Source of the DNA: Peribolospora baueri
Taxonomy: Eukaryota
Length of the DNA stretch: 64,000 bases
NCBI GenBank assembly: GCA_029717555.1
Contig: JAMDHS010000062.1
Location: forward strand, 1 to 64,000
Direction of reading: 5' to 3'
Shown here piece after piece: positions 12,565 through 25,922 of the stretch. A program made the translations under genes and the position numbers. Within the stretch, counting starts at the first letter, position 1, and the number at the start of each line of letters is the position of its first letter. Below the pieces are notes generated by a model. The model ran no database searches. It saw only the letters and a program-made list of their open reading frames with translations, and was not told the DNA's origin.

Positions 12565-14648
12565 TTAGATCAGGACGGCAACGCCTCCGACCGCCATGGC
12601 GAGAGCGGCGGCGGCGGCGGCGGTGGCGAGAGTGGCGGAGGAGACGACCGAGGCAGCGCCGTTGCCGCCGCCGCTTCCCTTGCCGCCCTTGTTGCCGTCG
12701 CCGACGCTGCTGGACGAAGGGACGGAGACGCCGGAGGGGACAAAGGTGCCGCCAGCAGGCGCCTTGGCCAGGCAGCTGCTCGCGGCGCTCGTGGCGGCGT
12801 CGGCGTTGGCCGGGGTCAGGTTGACGGTCGCGTTGCCGGCAAAGTCGCAGCTGCCCAGCGCGCGCCTCTGGCCCTCGTAGTAGGTGGAAAAGGCCCACGA
12901 GAGGCGGTCGGCGGCGTTGCAGAAGCTAAAGTTGCCGTAGGTGCCCGTGGCGCCGTCGGCGCTGACCGCGCCGCACGTCCCACCCATGTTGCCGATCATG
13001 GCGCACGTCTGGCCGGTCAGGACGCCGATCTTGTCCGGCGCGTTTGCAATGTCTGGCACGACGAGGCACCCCCACGCGTTCTGATGAGCGCAGTTGCACA
13101 CCGCCTCGTCCGGCGTGGGCGGCAGGGCGGCCGAGGCGGTAAAGTTGGACGTCTGAGGCGGGCACGTGGGCGCGGGGGCGTTGGCCGGTGCCGCCGCCTT
13201 GGTCGGGCTGTTGGTCGGCGATGCAGCGGCAAAGGCGGAAGCGAGGGCGGTAAAATCGGCGTTGGGGGTGACGGTGTTGCCGGAGACGGTGGTCAGTCCA
13301 AAGCCGGTGGTGTCGTTGTAGTACTCGAAGGCAAGACCGCCGGACCAGACGGAGGTCATCTGGCTGCCGAAGAGCGCGGCGACCTCGGCCCACTTTCGGG
13401 ACGAGCCGGTGGTGTCGGTGACGCAGCCAAACTCGGAGAAGTAAGCGGGGAGGGGAAAGTTTTGGTAGTTGGATGTGGTGCCCTGGTAACCGGAGGACTG
13501 GAAGGAGACCGAGCCGCACCACTCGTAGTTGCTGGGGGGTGGTGTGAGGGAGTGAGTAGATCGGATTGATTCGACGACGAATCTGGTCGACTCACTTGAG
13601 TCCGTACAAGTCGAGACTGAGGTCATCGCCACCGCAAGCGAGGTAATCTGCCAAAGGATTTCTCCAGGTGGAGTCTCCGTCGGTGGAGGCGTATCCGACG
13701 AGGACGTTGGACTTGTTGATCGATTTGAGGTAGGCCTTTACATCGCGCGCGGCTGCCTTGACGAAGGGCGCGGCGTTGGTGTTCTGGGGTCCGTTGACGA
13801 CTGGCATGCGAGGGGAAGAAGGAAGAATGAGAGGCGAGGCGGAAGAAGGAAGAATGAAAAGCGAGGCGGGGAAGAAGGCGGACGAGACGGCTCACCTTCG
13901 TTTCCAACATTAACAGCGAGCAAATTATCATATCCAACAAACGCCTCCACAGTAGCAAGATACTCATTAAGCAATCCAACGTCCCACGTCGGAGCGGCCC
14001 TATCGATAGATCCGTTGAGAGGGAGAGAGAGGTCGATCATGACGTAGATGCCAGCGGCGGAGAGGGCGTGCATACATGCATCGTGGTTGTTGCTTGCGTT
14101 TACGCTGTACGCGCGAATGGTGTCTGGGGAGAGGGGGAGGCGAGCGTGAGCGTGAGCGTGAGCGTTGAGAAAGAAAGAAAGAAAGAGAGTGGGATGGGAG
14201 GAGGCACGCACTGATGCCGAGCTGTTTCAAGTAAGGCAGGTCTCGCTGTGGAAGGGCGGGGAGAAGGAAGAGGCAGAGTTAGACGGGGCGTCGGACAGCG
14301 AGCTCGGGGGCGGCTCACGTTGCAGGCCGCGTCGTCGGCGAGAGGGTCGGAGTAGTCGGACGGCTCGGGGAAGCCTGGAGGGAAGAAGAGACGGAGGGCG
14401 TGAGCATGTGGTCGTCGCGTCCACAGCTTCTAGAACGCACCTCCATTGGCATTGTTAGCAGCAGAAGCAGCGGCGAGGGTACCAGGCTTCTGATAAGCGA
14501 CGCCCTTGATATAGAAGCGATTTCCAGCGTCATCGAAGAGGTACCTTCCCTGGCGGGAGACGGCTCCGAGAGCTTGGACATGGAAGGGAAGGGAAAGGAG
14601 GGCCGAAGCGGCGGCGGCGAGGGTGAGGGCAAGTGAGGATGGACGCAT
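12565..14648 (-). CDS. GAS1: GPI-anchored beta-1,3-glucanosyltransferase, GH72 with X8/CBM43 Cys-box, multi-exon
   Basis: Signal peptide MRPSSLALTLAAAASALL; GRYLFDDAGNRFYIKGVAYQ; DPLAD..C..RDLPYLKQLG; catalytic motifs NVGNE and YFSEFGC; ALPPTPDEAVCNC and Cys-rich X8 region; Ser/Gly linker and hydrophobic GPI tail. Confidence 0.93.
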
Positions 14649-14989
14649 GGTGAGGGAAGGCGGGGTATGGAGAAGGAGGGTGGTGGGTGGGGAAGAGGGG
14701 AGGGAGGAAGAAGAATGGGCGAGCGCGTCGTCGCCGTCGTCGTCGTCGTCGTCGGTGGTGGTTGGTGGTTGGTCGTCGGTGGTCGACGTCGGTCGTCTAG
14801 TCCGCGTCGGGCGGGCCGGCTTTGGAAGGAGGTGGACGTCAGCTTACGTAGTGGACGTGTTGGATATGGAGAGTGCGTCGGACGAGTCGGCTCTGCAAGC
14901 ACAAGCACGGGAGACGTAGGCGAGACAAGCCACGCGGCCGGGGCAGGTAGCCAGAGTGGCGGTGGCGGTGTAAATGGAAATGGGAGTGG

Positions 14990-15074
14990 GAATGGGAGTG
15001 AGAGTTGGAGTGAGAATGAGAATGAATGAGAATGAATGAGAATGAGAATGAAAATGAGAATGAGAATGAGAATG
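14990..15074. repeat. (GAGAAT)n-type microsatellite in the GAS1-FKS1 divergent promoter
   Basis: Directly visible gagaatgagaatgaatgagaat... run. Confidence 0.85.
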
Positions 15075-16439
15075 TCGTCTGCAAGCGTGAACCGGCCGTG
15101 TCAGCCGGCACGAGCAGCGGCCAGGAGACAAAAGGAAGGAGGCTGGACCCTTCTCTACTTGCACCTTGCCCCTTCCTTCCACCTTACTGCGCCTCGCTTC
15201 GTACATATATACACGCGCACTCGCTTGTGCCATGCTGTGCCATGCTGTGCCATGCTGTGTTGTGCTGTAGCCTGCTGCCAGCCGTCGTCCAGCTCTCGGG
15301 TCTGGGCCGGCCGAGGACATACGTTTCATATATACAACCAGACACACACAGACCAGGTCGCCTCGGTGTGTGCATGGAACATGCGCGAGGTGTCTGTCCT
15401 TCAGTGTCTGTGCGTCTGTCGTCTAAGGAAACGGGACAGAGGAGTGGAACCGGTGGAACGGCTTGACGCCGTTGGCATCCACAAGGACGCCGTCCTTCCT
15501 TCGCCGGTCTCAGATGGTCCTCGGCCGTCTGTCTCGTTTTTTTTTTAATTCCTTTTTCTTCTTTTGGCTAGCGAACGTGGCGAGGGTCAGTGTACAAATG
15601 GGGGGCTTGCTCCGCTCCTAGTTACAGGATGTATGCTCGTTAGCGAGATGGCCGACGACGGACGATCGATCGCCATTGGACCGAAAAGCGGACCCATACA
15701 TACATACATACAACCATCGCATAATCGGCATTTACGCCGCGCGTGCTTATAGTAACATATGATATGTGTATTCGCTCGCTCGGCTCGACGCGCTCCTAAC
15801 CGGACGACGGATGACGACGACGGCCGAGAGCAGCCGCCTCCCGAGGGCTGGCGGTGCGACGGCGCGCGTGGGCAACGTGGGCGGAATAGAAAGCGCAATA
15901 CAAGCTGTCTAACCGGCTGTTAATCGACATTCAACGAGGCCAGCGTCCGTCCGTCGCCCGCCCGCCCGCCTCGCCTCGCCTCGTCTCTCATCGTCTCTCA
16001 TCTTCGTCCGCCCCTCTTTGAGCCAGCGAGCCGGTCAAGTCTGCCCACCGAGTTCATCGCCGACGACGACGTGCGAGTGAGAGAAGTGAGAGAGCGACTG
16101 CGAACGACCATCATCGACGACGACGACGACGACGGCCACTACCACCACCACCACCACCACCAACTCCACCACCACCACCAACACCACCAACTCCACCACC
16201 TACCGACCGACCCTCCGCCACCGACAACCCATCCACCACCACCACCGCCCACCACCGACCTCCACCCGGCATCTCTCTCCCTCTTCCCTCTCCCTCTTCC
16301 CTCTTCCCCCTCCGCTAGCCGGCCCTCCCTCGCTTCCCTTTTCCCCTCCCCTCCGCGGTGCTACCCTAACCCCCCTCCCGGTCCTGCTCCACCCTCCCTC
16401 CCGTCGCCGTCGCCGACGACGACGTCGCCGCTGCCCCCC

Positions 16440-19400
16440 ATGTCTGGCTACAACGCCGGCCCCGGCGGCAACCCGCACTCCCCACTGGCCAACCCGCACT
16501 CCCCCTTGGCCAACCCGCTCTCCCCCATGGCCGCGCCCAACGACCCGTTCAACCCGCCCAACCCTCCCTACTCGTACGATGACGGTCACTCCGACGCTGG
16601 CTCCTCCGCTTACTACGACCGCCCCGGCGGCGCCAACCGCGACACGTTCACCTCCGAGGGCAGCGCAGACAACGACCCCTACGGACCCACCTACTCCGGC
16701 CAGTCCGCCGACTCGCTCATGCCCGGCCTCCGTGGTGCTGCTGGTGGTCCGTATGCTCGCTCTGGCACCAGCACGCCCACGTACACTGATATCGGAAACA
16801 GCGCTGCCGCTTACCGTCAACGCGAGCCTTATCCTGCCTGGTCGGCAGATCATAACATTCCTCTCTCCAAGGAGGTGAGTCGTCCGCGACCTTCCAGGAC
16901 AGAGGGGAGAAGGAAGGAGGAAGGATGGAAGGATGGAAAGAAAGAAAGAAGGCAGGAGGGAAATCATGTCGTCGTGCACGGACGCTCATCTTCTCCCCAC
17001 CTCTCCCCCTCCCCCCCAGGAAATCGAGGACGTCTTCATCGACCTCGCCAACAAGTTCGGCTTCCAGCGCGACAGCATGCGCAACATGTACGACCACCTC
17101 ATGATCCTTCTCGACTCTCGCTCCTCTCGTATGTCTCCCGCTCAGGCCCTCCTCACCCTCCACGCCGACTTTATCGGCGGCGAGCACGCCAACTACCGCA
17201 AGTGGTACTTCGCCGCTCAGCTCGACCTTGACGACGCCATTGGCAAGGTCCAGAACCCCGGCCTCGGTAGGGCCGCCTCCGTCGCCAGGCGCGGCACCGT
17301 CAAAAATGGACAGCCCGCCACCGCCGCCGGCAAGTCCCTCGACAGCGCACACAACCGGTGGAGGAACGCGATGGGCAACATGTCCCAGTACGACCGCTTG
17401 CGCCAGGTCGCCCTCTGGCTCCTCTGCTGGGGCGAGGGCGGACAGGTCCGCTTCGTGCCCGAATGCCTCTGCTTCATCTTCAAGTGCGCCGACGACTACT
17501 ACCGCTCGCCCGAGTGCCAGAACAGGGTCGAACCCGTCCCCGAGGGCCTCTACCTCCGCGCCGTCGTCAAGCCCATCTACAAGTTCTTGCGCGATCAGGT
17601 CTTCGAGGTCGTCGACGGAAAGTTTGTCAAAAAGGAAAAGGACCACGCGCAGATCATCGGCTACGACGACGTGAACCAGCTCTTCTGGTATCCCGAAGGC
17701 ATCGCCCGCATCGTCCTCACCGACAGTTCCCGCCTCGTCGACGTCGCGCCCTCCCAGCGCTTCCTCAAGTTTGACAAGATCGACTGGAACCGCGTCTTCT
17801 TCAAGACGTACTACGAGAAGCGCTCCTTCTTCCACCTCCTCGTCAACTTTAACCGCATCTGGATCGCCCACGTCGCTCTCTTCTGGTTCTACACCGCCTA
17901 CAACGCCCCCAAGATTTACACCAGGAAGGGTCAGCAGACCCCCACGGCGCCGATGCAGTGGAGCGTCGTCGCCCTCGGCGGCGCCGTCGCCACCGTCATC
18001 ATGCTCTCCGCCACCATCGCCGAGTTCAGCTACATCCCGACGACGTGGAACAACACGAGTCATCTGATGCGTCGTGTCATCTTTCTCCTCATCATCCTCG
18101 CTCTCACCGCCGGTCCGACGGTGTACATCGCCGGTTTCAACAGCACCTCGACCGTGTCGAAGATCATCGGCATCGTCCAGTTCGCCATCTCCGTCATCGT
18201 CACCGTCTTTTTCTCCGTCATGCCCTCGGGACGCATGTTCGGCGACCGCGTGGCCGGCAAGGCGCGCAAGTACCTCGCCAACCAGACGTTCACCGCGAGC
18301 TACCCGCGTCTGGAGCGCAAGAACCGGATCGTCTCCATCGCCCTCTGGATCCTCATCTTCGGCTGCAAGTTCACCGAGAGCTACTTCTTCTTGACTCTTT
18401 CCTTCCGCGACCCGCTCGCCGTCATGGTCGGCATGAGGGTCCAGAACTGCAGCGACAAGTACTTTGGCTCCGTCCTCTGCACTTATCAGCCCGCCTTTGC
18501 CCTCGCCGCCATGTTCCTCATGGATCTCTGCCTCTTCTTCCTCGACACCTACCTCTGGTACGTCATCTGGAACACCGTCTTCTCCATCGGCTGGTCCTTC
18601 AGCATGGGCCTCTCCATCTGGACGCCCTGGCGCGACATCTTCACCCGGCTCCCCAAGCGCATCTACGCCAAGCTCCTCGCGACGGCCGACATGGAGATCA
18701 AGTACAAGCCCAAAGTGCTCGTGTCTCAAGTGTGGAACGCGATCATCATCTCCATGTACCGCGAGCACCTGCTCAGCATCGACCACGTCCAGAAGCTCCT
18801 CTACCACCAGGTGCCGTCGGAAAACGAGGGCAAGCGGACGCTTCGCGCGCCGACGTTTTTCATCTCCCAGAACGACTCTGGCCTCAAGGCCGAGTACTTC
18901 CCTCCCGGCAGCGAGGCCGAGCGTCGGATCAGCTTCTTCGCCCAGTCCCTCACCACCGCCATCCCCGAGCCTTTGCCCGTCGACGCCATGCCCACCTTCA
19001 CCGTCTTGACGCCGCACTACTCGGAGAAGATCCTCCTCTCTCTCCGCGAGATCATTCGCGAGGAGGACCAGAACACGCGCGTGACGCTCCTCGAGTACCT
19101 CAAGCAGCTCCACCCGGTCGAGTGGGACAACTTTGTGAAAGACACCAAGATCCTCGCCGAGGAGGCCGGCGCCTTCCCCTCGTCGTCCCCCTTTGGCGGC
19201 TCGGACGAAAAGTCGGGCACCAAGAGCTCGACCAAGGCCGATGATCTGCCGTTCTACTGCATCGGCTTCAAGAGCGCCGCGCCCGAGTACACCCTCCGAA
19301 CGCGCATCTGGTCCTCTCTCCGCGCCCAGACGCTCTACCGCACCGTGTCCGGGTTCATGAACTACAGCAAGGCGATCAAGCTCCTCTACCGCGTCGAGAA

Positions 19401-22055
19401 CCCAGAGGTGGTGCAGCTGTTCGGCGGCAACACGGACAAGCTGGAGCGCGAGCTGGAGCGCATGGCCCGGCGCAAGTTCAAGTTTTGCATCTCCATGCAG
19501 CGCTACAGCAAGTTCAACAAGGAGGAGATGGAGAATGCCGAGTTTCTGCTGCGCGCCTACCCGGACCTGCAGATCGCCTACTTGGACGAGGAGCCGCCGC
19601 GGAAAGAGGGCGGCGAGTCGAGGTGGTTCTCCGCGCTGATCGACGGCCATTCCGAGGTGCTCCCCAACGGCAAGCGTCGGCCCAAGTTTAGGATCGAGCT
19701 CCCGGGCAACCCGATCACGGGCGACGGAAAGTCGGACAACCAGAACCACGCCATCGTCTTCACCCGCGGCGAGTACCTGCAGCTCATCGACGCGAACCAG
19801 GACAACTACCTGGAGGAGTGCCTCAAGATCCGCAACGTCCTCGGCGAGTTTGAGGAGCTCCACATGACCAACCGCTCCCCTTACGCGCCCGGCAGCCACG
19901 CCGAGTTCAGCAAGCCCCCTGTGGCGATCCTCGGCACGCGCGAGTACATCTTCTCCGAGAACATTGGCATCCTCGGTGATGTTGCCGCCGGAAAAGAGCA
20001 GACGTTCGGCACCATGGCTGCCCGAGGCCTGGCGCAGATCGGCGGCAAGCTCCACTACGGTCACCCGGACTTTTTGAACGCCACCTTCATGCTCACCCGC
20101 GGTGGCGTGTCCAAGGCGCAGAAGGGACTCCACTTGAACGAAGACATTTACGCCGGCATGACTGCGTTCGGACGAGGAGGCAGGATCAAGCACTCGGAGT
20201 ACTACCAGTGCGGCAAGGGCCGTGACCTCGGCTTTGGCACCATCCTCAACTTCACCACCAAGATCGGCAACGGTATGGGCGAGCAGATGCTCTCGCGCGA
20301 GTACTACTACCTTGGCACCCAGCTGCCCATGGACCGCTTCCTGACGTACTACTACGGACACCCGGGCTTCCACATCAACAACATCCTCGTCATCCTCTCC
20401 GTCCAGCTCTTCATGTTCGCCCTCGTCTACCTCGGCACGCTCAACCGCCAGCTGACGATTTGCGAGTACTCCACCTCGGGTTCGTATATCGCCCAGAACG
20501 GGTGTTACAACCTCGTGCCGGTGTTCCAGTGGATCAAGCGATGCGTCATCTCCATCTTCATCGTCTTCTTCATCGCCTTCCTTCCCCTCTTCCTCCAAGA
20601 GCTCACCGAGAGGGGCGCCATCAAGGCGGTGATTCGACTTTGCAAGCATTTCCTCTCCCTCTCGCCCATCTTCGAGGTCTTTGCCACCCAGATCTACACC
20701 CACTCCATCCTGAGCAACCTCCTCTTCGGTGGCGCGCGCTACATCGCCACCGGACGCGGTTTCGCCACCACCCGCATCTCGTTCGCCATCCTCTACTCGC
20801 GCTTCGCCGGCCCAAGCATCTACCTCGGCATGCGCACCCTCGTCCTGCTCCTCTACATCACCCTCTCCCTCTGGGTGCCTCACCTGATCTACTTTTGGTT
20901 CTCCGTCGCCGCCCTCGTCATCGCCCCCTTCCTCTTCAACCCGCACCAGTTCAGCGCGGCCGACTTTTTCATCGACTACCGCGAGTTCCTCCGCTGGATG
21001 TCGAGGGGCAACTCGCGCTCGCACGCCAACTCGTGGGTCGGCTACTGTCGTCTGTCGCGCACCAAGATCACGGGCTACAAGAAGAAGCGCCTCGGTCACC
21101 CGTCGGAGAAGCTGTCTGGTGATGTGCCGCGGGCCGGCTGGCGCACCATCATCATGGCCGAGATCATCGGTCCGCTCTTCCTCGCCGTCTTCTTCGTCAT
21201 CGCTTACGCTTTCGTCAAGTCCTTCCACTCCGGCGGCGACCCACCGCACGGCGCCGTCGTCCGCCTCGCCATCTTCTCCCTCGGTCCCATCGTCTTCAAC
21301 TTTGCCGTCCTCCTCACCCTCTTCTTCATCAGCCTCCTCCTCGGCCCGGCGCTCCACAACTGCTGCGGCGGCAAGTTTGCCGGGGTGATGTCGGCGATCG
21401 CTCACTGTCTCGCCGTCATCGGCCTCGTCGCCTTTTTTGAGTTTCTCTGGTTCCTCGAGCTCTGGGACGCCTCCCACGCCGTCCTGGCCGCCATCGCCAC
21501 CATCTACGTCCAGCGGTGCATCTTCAAAATCCTCATCGCCACCTGCATCTCTCGCGAACTCAAACACGACGAGACCAACCGCGCCTGGTGGTCCGGTCGG
21601 TGGTACCAGGCCAAGCTCGGTGGCAGCACGCTGCCGCAGATCATGAGAGAGCTCGTCGTCAAGCTCATCGAGATGAGCCTCTTTGCTGGCGACTTTTTGG
21701 CCGCTCATATTCTTCTCTTTGTGGTGAGCGGCGATTCCTTCGACGCGCGCGACCGTGTGTGTGGTCGGCTAGATCGCTGACAACCCTTTCTCTGCCTTTC
21801 TCCTAGCTGTCGGTCCCTCTCGTCATCCCCAAGATCAACACGCTTCACTCGATCCTCCTCTTCTGGCTCTCCCCCTCCGACCAAATTCGTCCGCCGCTCT
21901 ACTCTCTCCGCCAACGCCGCCAGCGTCGCTCCATCGTCTTGCGTTACGGAACCCTCTTCCTCATCGTCTTTGCCAGCTTTGCCGCGCTCATCGTCATCCC
22001 GGTCGTCTTTGGCGCGAAACTGTCGGTCAACTGTACCCTTTGTCAGCACTTCTGA
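16440..22055 (+). CDS. FKS1: 1,3-beta-glucan synthase catalytic subunit (GT48); exons 16440-16874, 17020-21723, 21807-22055
   Basis: [90 protein letters not shown]; hotspot 1 reads [13 protein letters not shown] introns are in the correct phase. Confidence 0.98.
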
Positions 22056-22879
22056 GAACCCCCATAGCTCTCCCTCCCTTCCTCCCTCCTTTTGCGCAGT
22101 CCATTCCCACTCCCACTCCCTTCCTGCCGTCGTCTCTCCCTTCTTCCCTCCCTACCCACCTTCGCTAGCTAGCTCGTTTGCGTTTTGTCTGTCTGTTTTT
22201 ATCCCCGTCCCCCCCGCACGCCGTCCTAGGGGTTACGGCTGGGGGGGAACGGGAAGCGAGGGACCAGCCAGGAACATTTTGTATTTAGAACCGGAAATCA
22301 ACTCATTGCCAGCGCCCGCACTGAATCGGAAGAAAGAAATGGTTGAGGGGCACGCGGCGTGCGACTGCTGGCGAGAGAGAGGACAGACGGGGATATGCTC
22401 GATATTACTGACGGACGGAGAGGACCGACTGGCTGACTGACTGACTTGCCGGGGAAGGAAAGCGTCCCATCCACCTCCTTCCTTCTTCCGTTCGTCCGCC
22501 TCGCCTCGTCTCTTTTCGCCTATCTCGATCCAGCGGAGGGAAGCGGAGAGGCGAGCGACTCGACGGTGAGGACGCCTCGCTACGTCCGCTCCCGCAAAGA
22601 ACATACATACATACGTGCATGCACGCATGCGTACACGCCTCGCTCCGGTGCGGTGCGGTATGGTAGTGCTCCCTCGAGACAGACGGACGGCAGCATGTTG
22701 TGTCGGGACGGACGAGCGTTTCACAGCGGGACATTCAGTCGATTCTGTGTCACCACCACCTGGATCGAGTCGAGCCGGGTATCGTCAGCCAGCCAAAAAA
22801 AAAAAATGACGGTTCTACTTGTACAATTTAATTGCGCTCCAGGACGCCGACGCTGTCGAACGCCTCCGCCTCCGCCAAC

Positions 22880-24882
22880 CTAGGGCTCGCTTGATAATTT
22901 TTGTCTTCCAATCTCCCACGCGATCCGTCTTCGAAGAAATGGCATGTCCTTCTGCCCGAACCCCCAGTCCTCATCCTCCCCTCCCTCGTTGTCCGGCCCG
23001 CCTTTGGAAAGGACCTCGAGAGTGACGCAGGCAAAGACGCCACAATCGTACCCGTTCTCTTGTTGCGGCGAATACTGGCGCGCGGGGGAAAACACGTGAA
23101 GGCGATCTGTGAGACGAGCAGAGGCAGAGGATAAAGTGATTTAGAAACGCAGGCCTACCGGCGAAAAGTAGTTCTCCCAATCCGACAGATCCATCGGTTT
23201 CCCCTTCTTGTCAAGATGCTCCTTGGCGAGGTATTCTCGCATAATCTGACGTAAGCAAAGCACGACCTGTGAGCGGGCCCGGCCAGCGAACAGAGCGAGG
23301 TGGGAACCATGCGAGCGAGCGCACCTGAAATGCCGCGCAGTTCTCGCTTCCCATCGAATCGTAGTATTCAAATCTCTTCTTTCGGAGATTGATGGCGGCG
23401 CAGGTCCAGTGCGCGTTCCCGAGGTTTATAGGTATGAGAACGATGTCTTTGGAGAATATATCGACCTGCGAAACAAGACGACCGTACCTCAATCAGGCCC
23501 ACCGCCCCCAAAGAATCAACCGGCGGAGCATAAAAAGGTCACCTTTCTTGTCCATCTTCGAACACTTTGGTACCCCACGTCGCTCATTTGCTTGTACCAG
23601 AAGCTGTTGAAGAAATGCACCTTGAGAAACTTGTGTTCTTCCTTGGACAGTGACTTTTCTCCCTTCTTGGCCCGCTCCTCGATTCGATCGGATCGGTTGA
23701 CGATCAGTTTTCCGTAAAAGTTGATCACCTCGTCGTTGAGCCATTGTCGGGGACGAAGCTTGGCAAAGTCCTTGGCAGCCACCTCGGCTCCGGGGATGGA
23801 GGATACTTTTCCAGGCAAGCCGAACAACCTGTCAACCTCTGCAGAGGCCTCGGGGGGCAGATCCGCCGGGAGCTAAGCGCGGAGGAAAGAAGAGAAAGGG
23901 ATGATCAGTTGACCGTATGCTGACCTCTTCAGTGTCAGAAATGACAGCACCCACCGATGGTCTGCGCAGGAGCGCCTTCACAGCCTTTTCCTTCTCCTTG
24001 ATGCGGCGGTCGTACTCTTGCCAATTCGGCTTTTGAGGGGCGGGACTGAAGGTGGAGAAGCGACGGGGTGAGGAGACATACACAGTACGACGTGGGCCGG
24101 TCACCATCTCACCGAGTTATAAAATCCTGAACGCGTCCCAGCTGTTCAAATAACCATGACTGGGTACTCTGAAAATGAGAAGGCACGAAACGGCCAGCCG
24201 GTTTGCTAAAAATGTCTGCTGTGACCGCAGACGTCGGTATTCGCGGGGCTGCGACCTGGCTCGTCGGCGTGCTGAAGGTATCTGCCGTGATCTTCGTCGT
24301 CGTTTTTCGCACCGCTGCAACAAGGTTGACGTTGAACAAGGCAAAGCGTAGGCGGTGACTCAGAAATATGGTCAGGCAGGAAAGGAGATTGGATGGATGA
24401 GACCGCAATTACTCACGCGCCTTCCCCTTGTTCAAGACTTGGGTTGAGGTGGTGGCCATATTCGAGAGGCAGGTGGGTGCAGAAACGCACCAGTAAGCTT
24501 CAAAGAAGGTACGCAAACAAAGGTCAAGTAAATAAACGTACTATTAAATGCGTCATTTGACTGGCTATATCGTTCCCGTCGCTTGACCTTGAAAAACTGT
24601 TCGCGCATCCTATCCGTCACTCCGCTCTTATGCTGCACGAGCGTGCCCAGGGAGGTAGGTACGGCATAAAAGTCAGCACGGGAGCGATGAAAAGGGGTGA
24701 CACACGATAGGGAGCCCCTTTCCAGTGAGTGCAAGGCTGGCACGCACCTTGTAGTCTCCGATCGGGCGCTTCTTGCGGTATGACCTCTCCCTGCGACCGG
24801 AGCTTGTGCTGGCCAGGAATGGGTCGTGACGATCGGCCCACCCCACCGCCGTGGATGAGGAGGGGTCAAAGGTGAACGCCAT
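22880..24882 (-). CDS. ULP1: SUMO-specific protease (peptidase C48), multi-exon
   Basis: LRPRQWLNDEVINFY, HFFNSFWY, VRRWTRK, LIPINLGNAHWTCAAIN, YYDSM, PQQENGYDCGVF, FGQKDMPFLRRRIAWEI. The start ATG at 24882 is inferred. Confidence 0.9.
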
Positions 24883-25225
24883 GGCGGCCGAGTGTGCGTG
24901 CACAGAGAAGGAGCGGGATGTCGTGAAGGGCGATCGAGAAGTGACTTCGTCCTCTCGTGGGTGGCCAAGGCGGCACGCGAAGAACGGGAAATACGAAATC
25001 GCGCGCGACGTGAGCGAGGGGAGTGGACGGGGATCGACTGCGGCAAATCACGTGGCAAGAAATAGCGTCTGCCGCAGTCAATCGGTCGGCGACGGCACGG
25101 CGGCACGTGGGTCACACGTCTCGTAACCGGCTGGGGACGGACAAGGGGCAATAAGGACGGCGGCTGTCGATGGAACCTCGCCGTCGGCCCATCTCTCTCT
25201 TATCTTTCTTCTATTTGCCGTCAAG

Positions 25226-25922
25226 ATGGGCATGACACACAAAGAATACCTCGCCTCCACTCGCGTCTTTGGCTGCCTGAAGTGCAAGACCCACTTGGCC
25301 ACCATCGAAAACATGATCTCCAAGGTGAGCTGACCGTCAGCTACGGAATGGATGTACCGACGTCGGACCTCGCTGATGTAAGACTCTCCCCCCTTTCCGG
25401 TCTGTAGCAATTCAACGGGCAACACGGGCGTGCGTTCCTCTTTGACAATGTGTGAGTAGTCAGCTCTTTCTCAGGCCCCGCTCTGGCCCTTGGCGGACCA
25501 CTTCATCTGAGCGGGGAGGAGGCACGGATGTGGACACCTGGCTGACACCCCTGCGCCCTTTCTCCCAACAATCCTCACGCTCACCCCTGGGCCACTCGCG
25601 ACGCCCCAGCGTCAACGTCTGGACGAGCTCTGCCGAAGACCGACACATGACGACGGGCCTCTACACCGTCCGGGATATCAGCTGTGTCAAGTGCAACACA
25701 GTCGTCGGTTGGACCTATGTACGTTCAAGGACCGACCGACTAGTCCGCTCCATGCTCGCTAGTTGCGAGTAAAGGTGTGGCGAGCACGGAGCTATCTGAC
25801 CCTTCTACTCCTTCCGATTGCTCTCCCGGTGCCATTCCCAGGTCCGAGCATTCACCTCCTCGGAGAAGTTCAAGGAGGGCAAGTTCATATTGGAGAAGAC
25901 TCTCATTACCGATGTGCAGTGA
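25226..25922 (+). CDS. MOH1: Yippee/Moh1 zinc-binding protein, 4 exons
   Basis: Spliced: MGMTHKEYLASTRVFGCLKCKTHLA..ISK|QFNGQHGRAFLFDNV|VNV..EDRHMTTGLYTVRDISCVKCNTVVGWTY|VRAFTSSEKFKEGKFILE...stop. Confidence 0.93.

Noticed and set aside
16071..16439. In-frame His/Pro-rich extension upstream of the FKS1 ATG
   Set aside because: Starts at GTG and consists of low-complexity CAC/CCN repeats typical of a 5' UTR; no support for translation.
16717..21708. 1663-aa ORF antisense to FKS1
   Set aside because: Shadow ORF in the exact antisense frame. Strong GC3 codon bias removes TTA/CTA/TCA codons and hence antisense stops, and no domain is recognisable.
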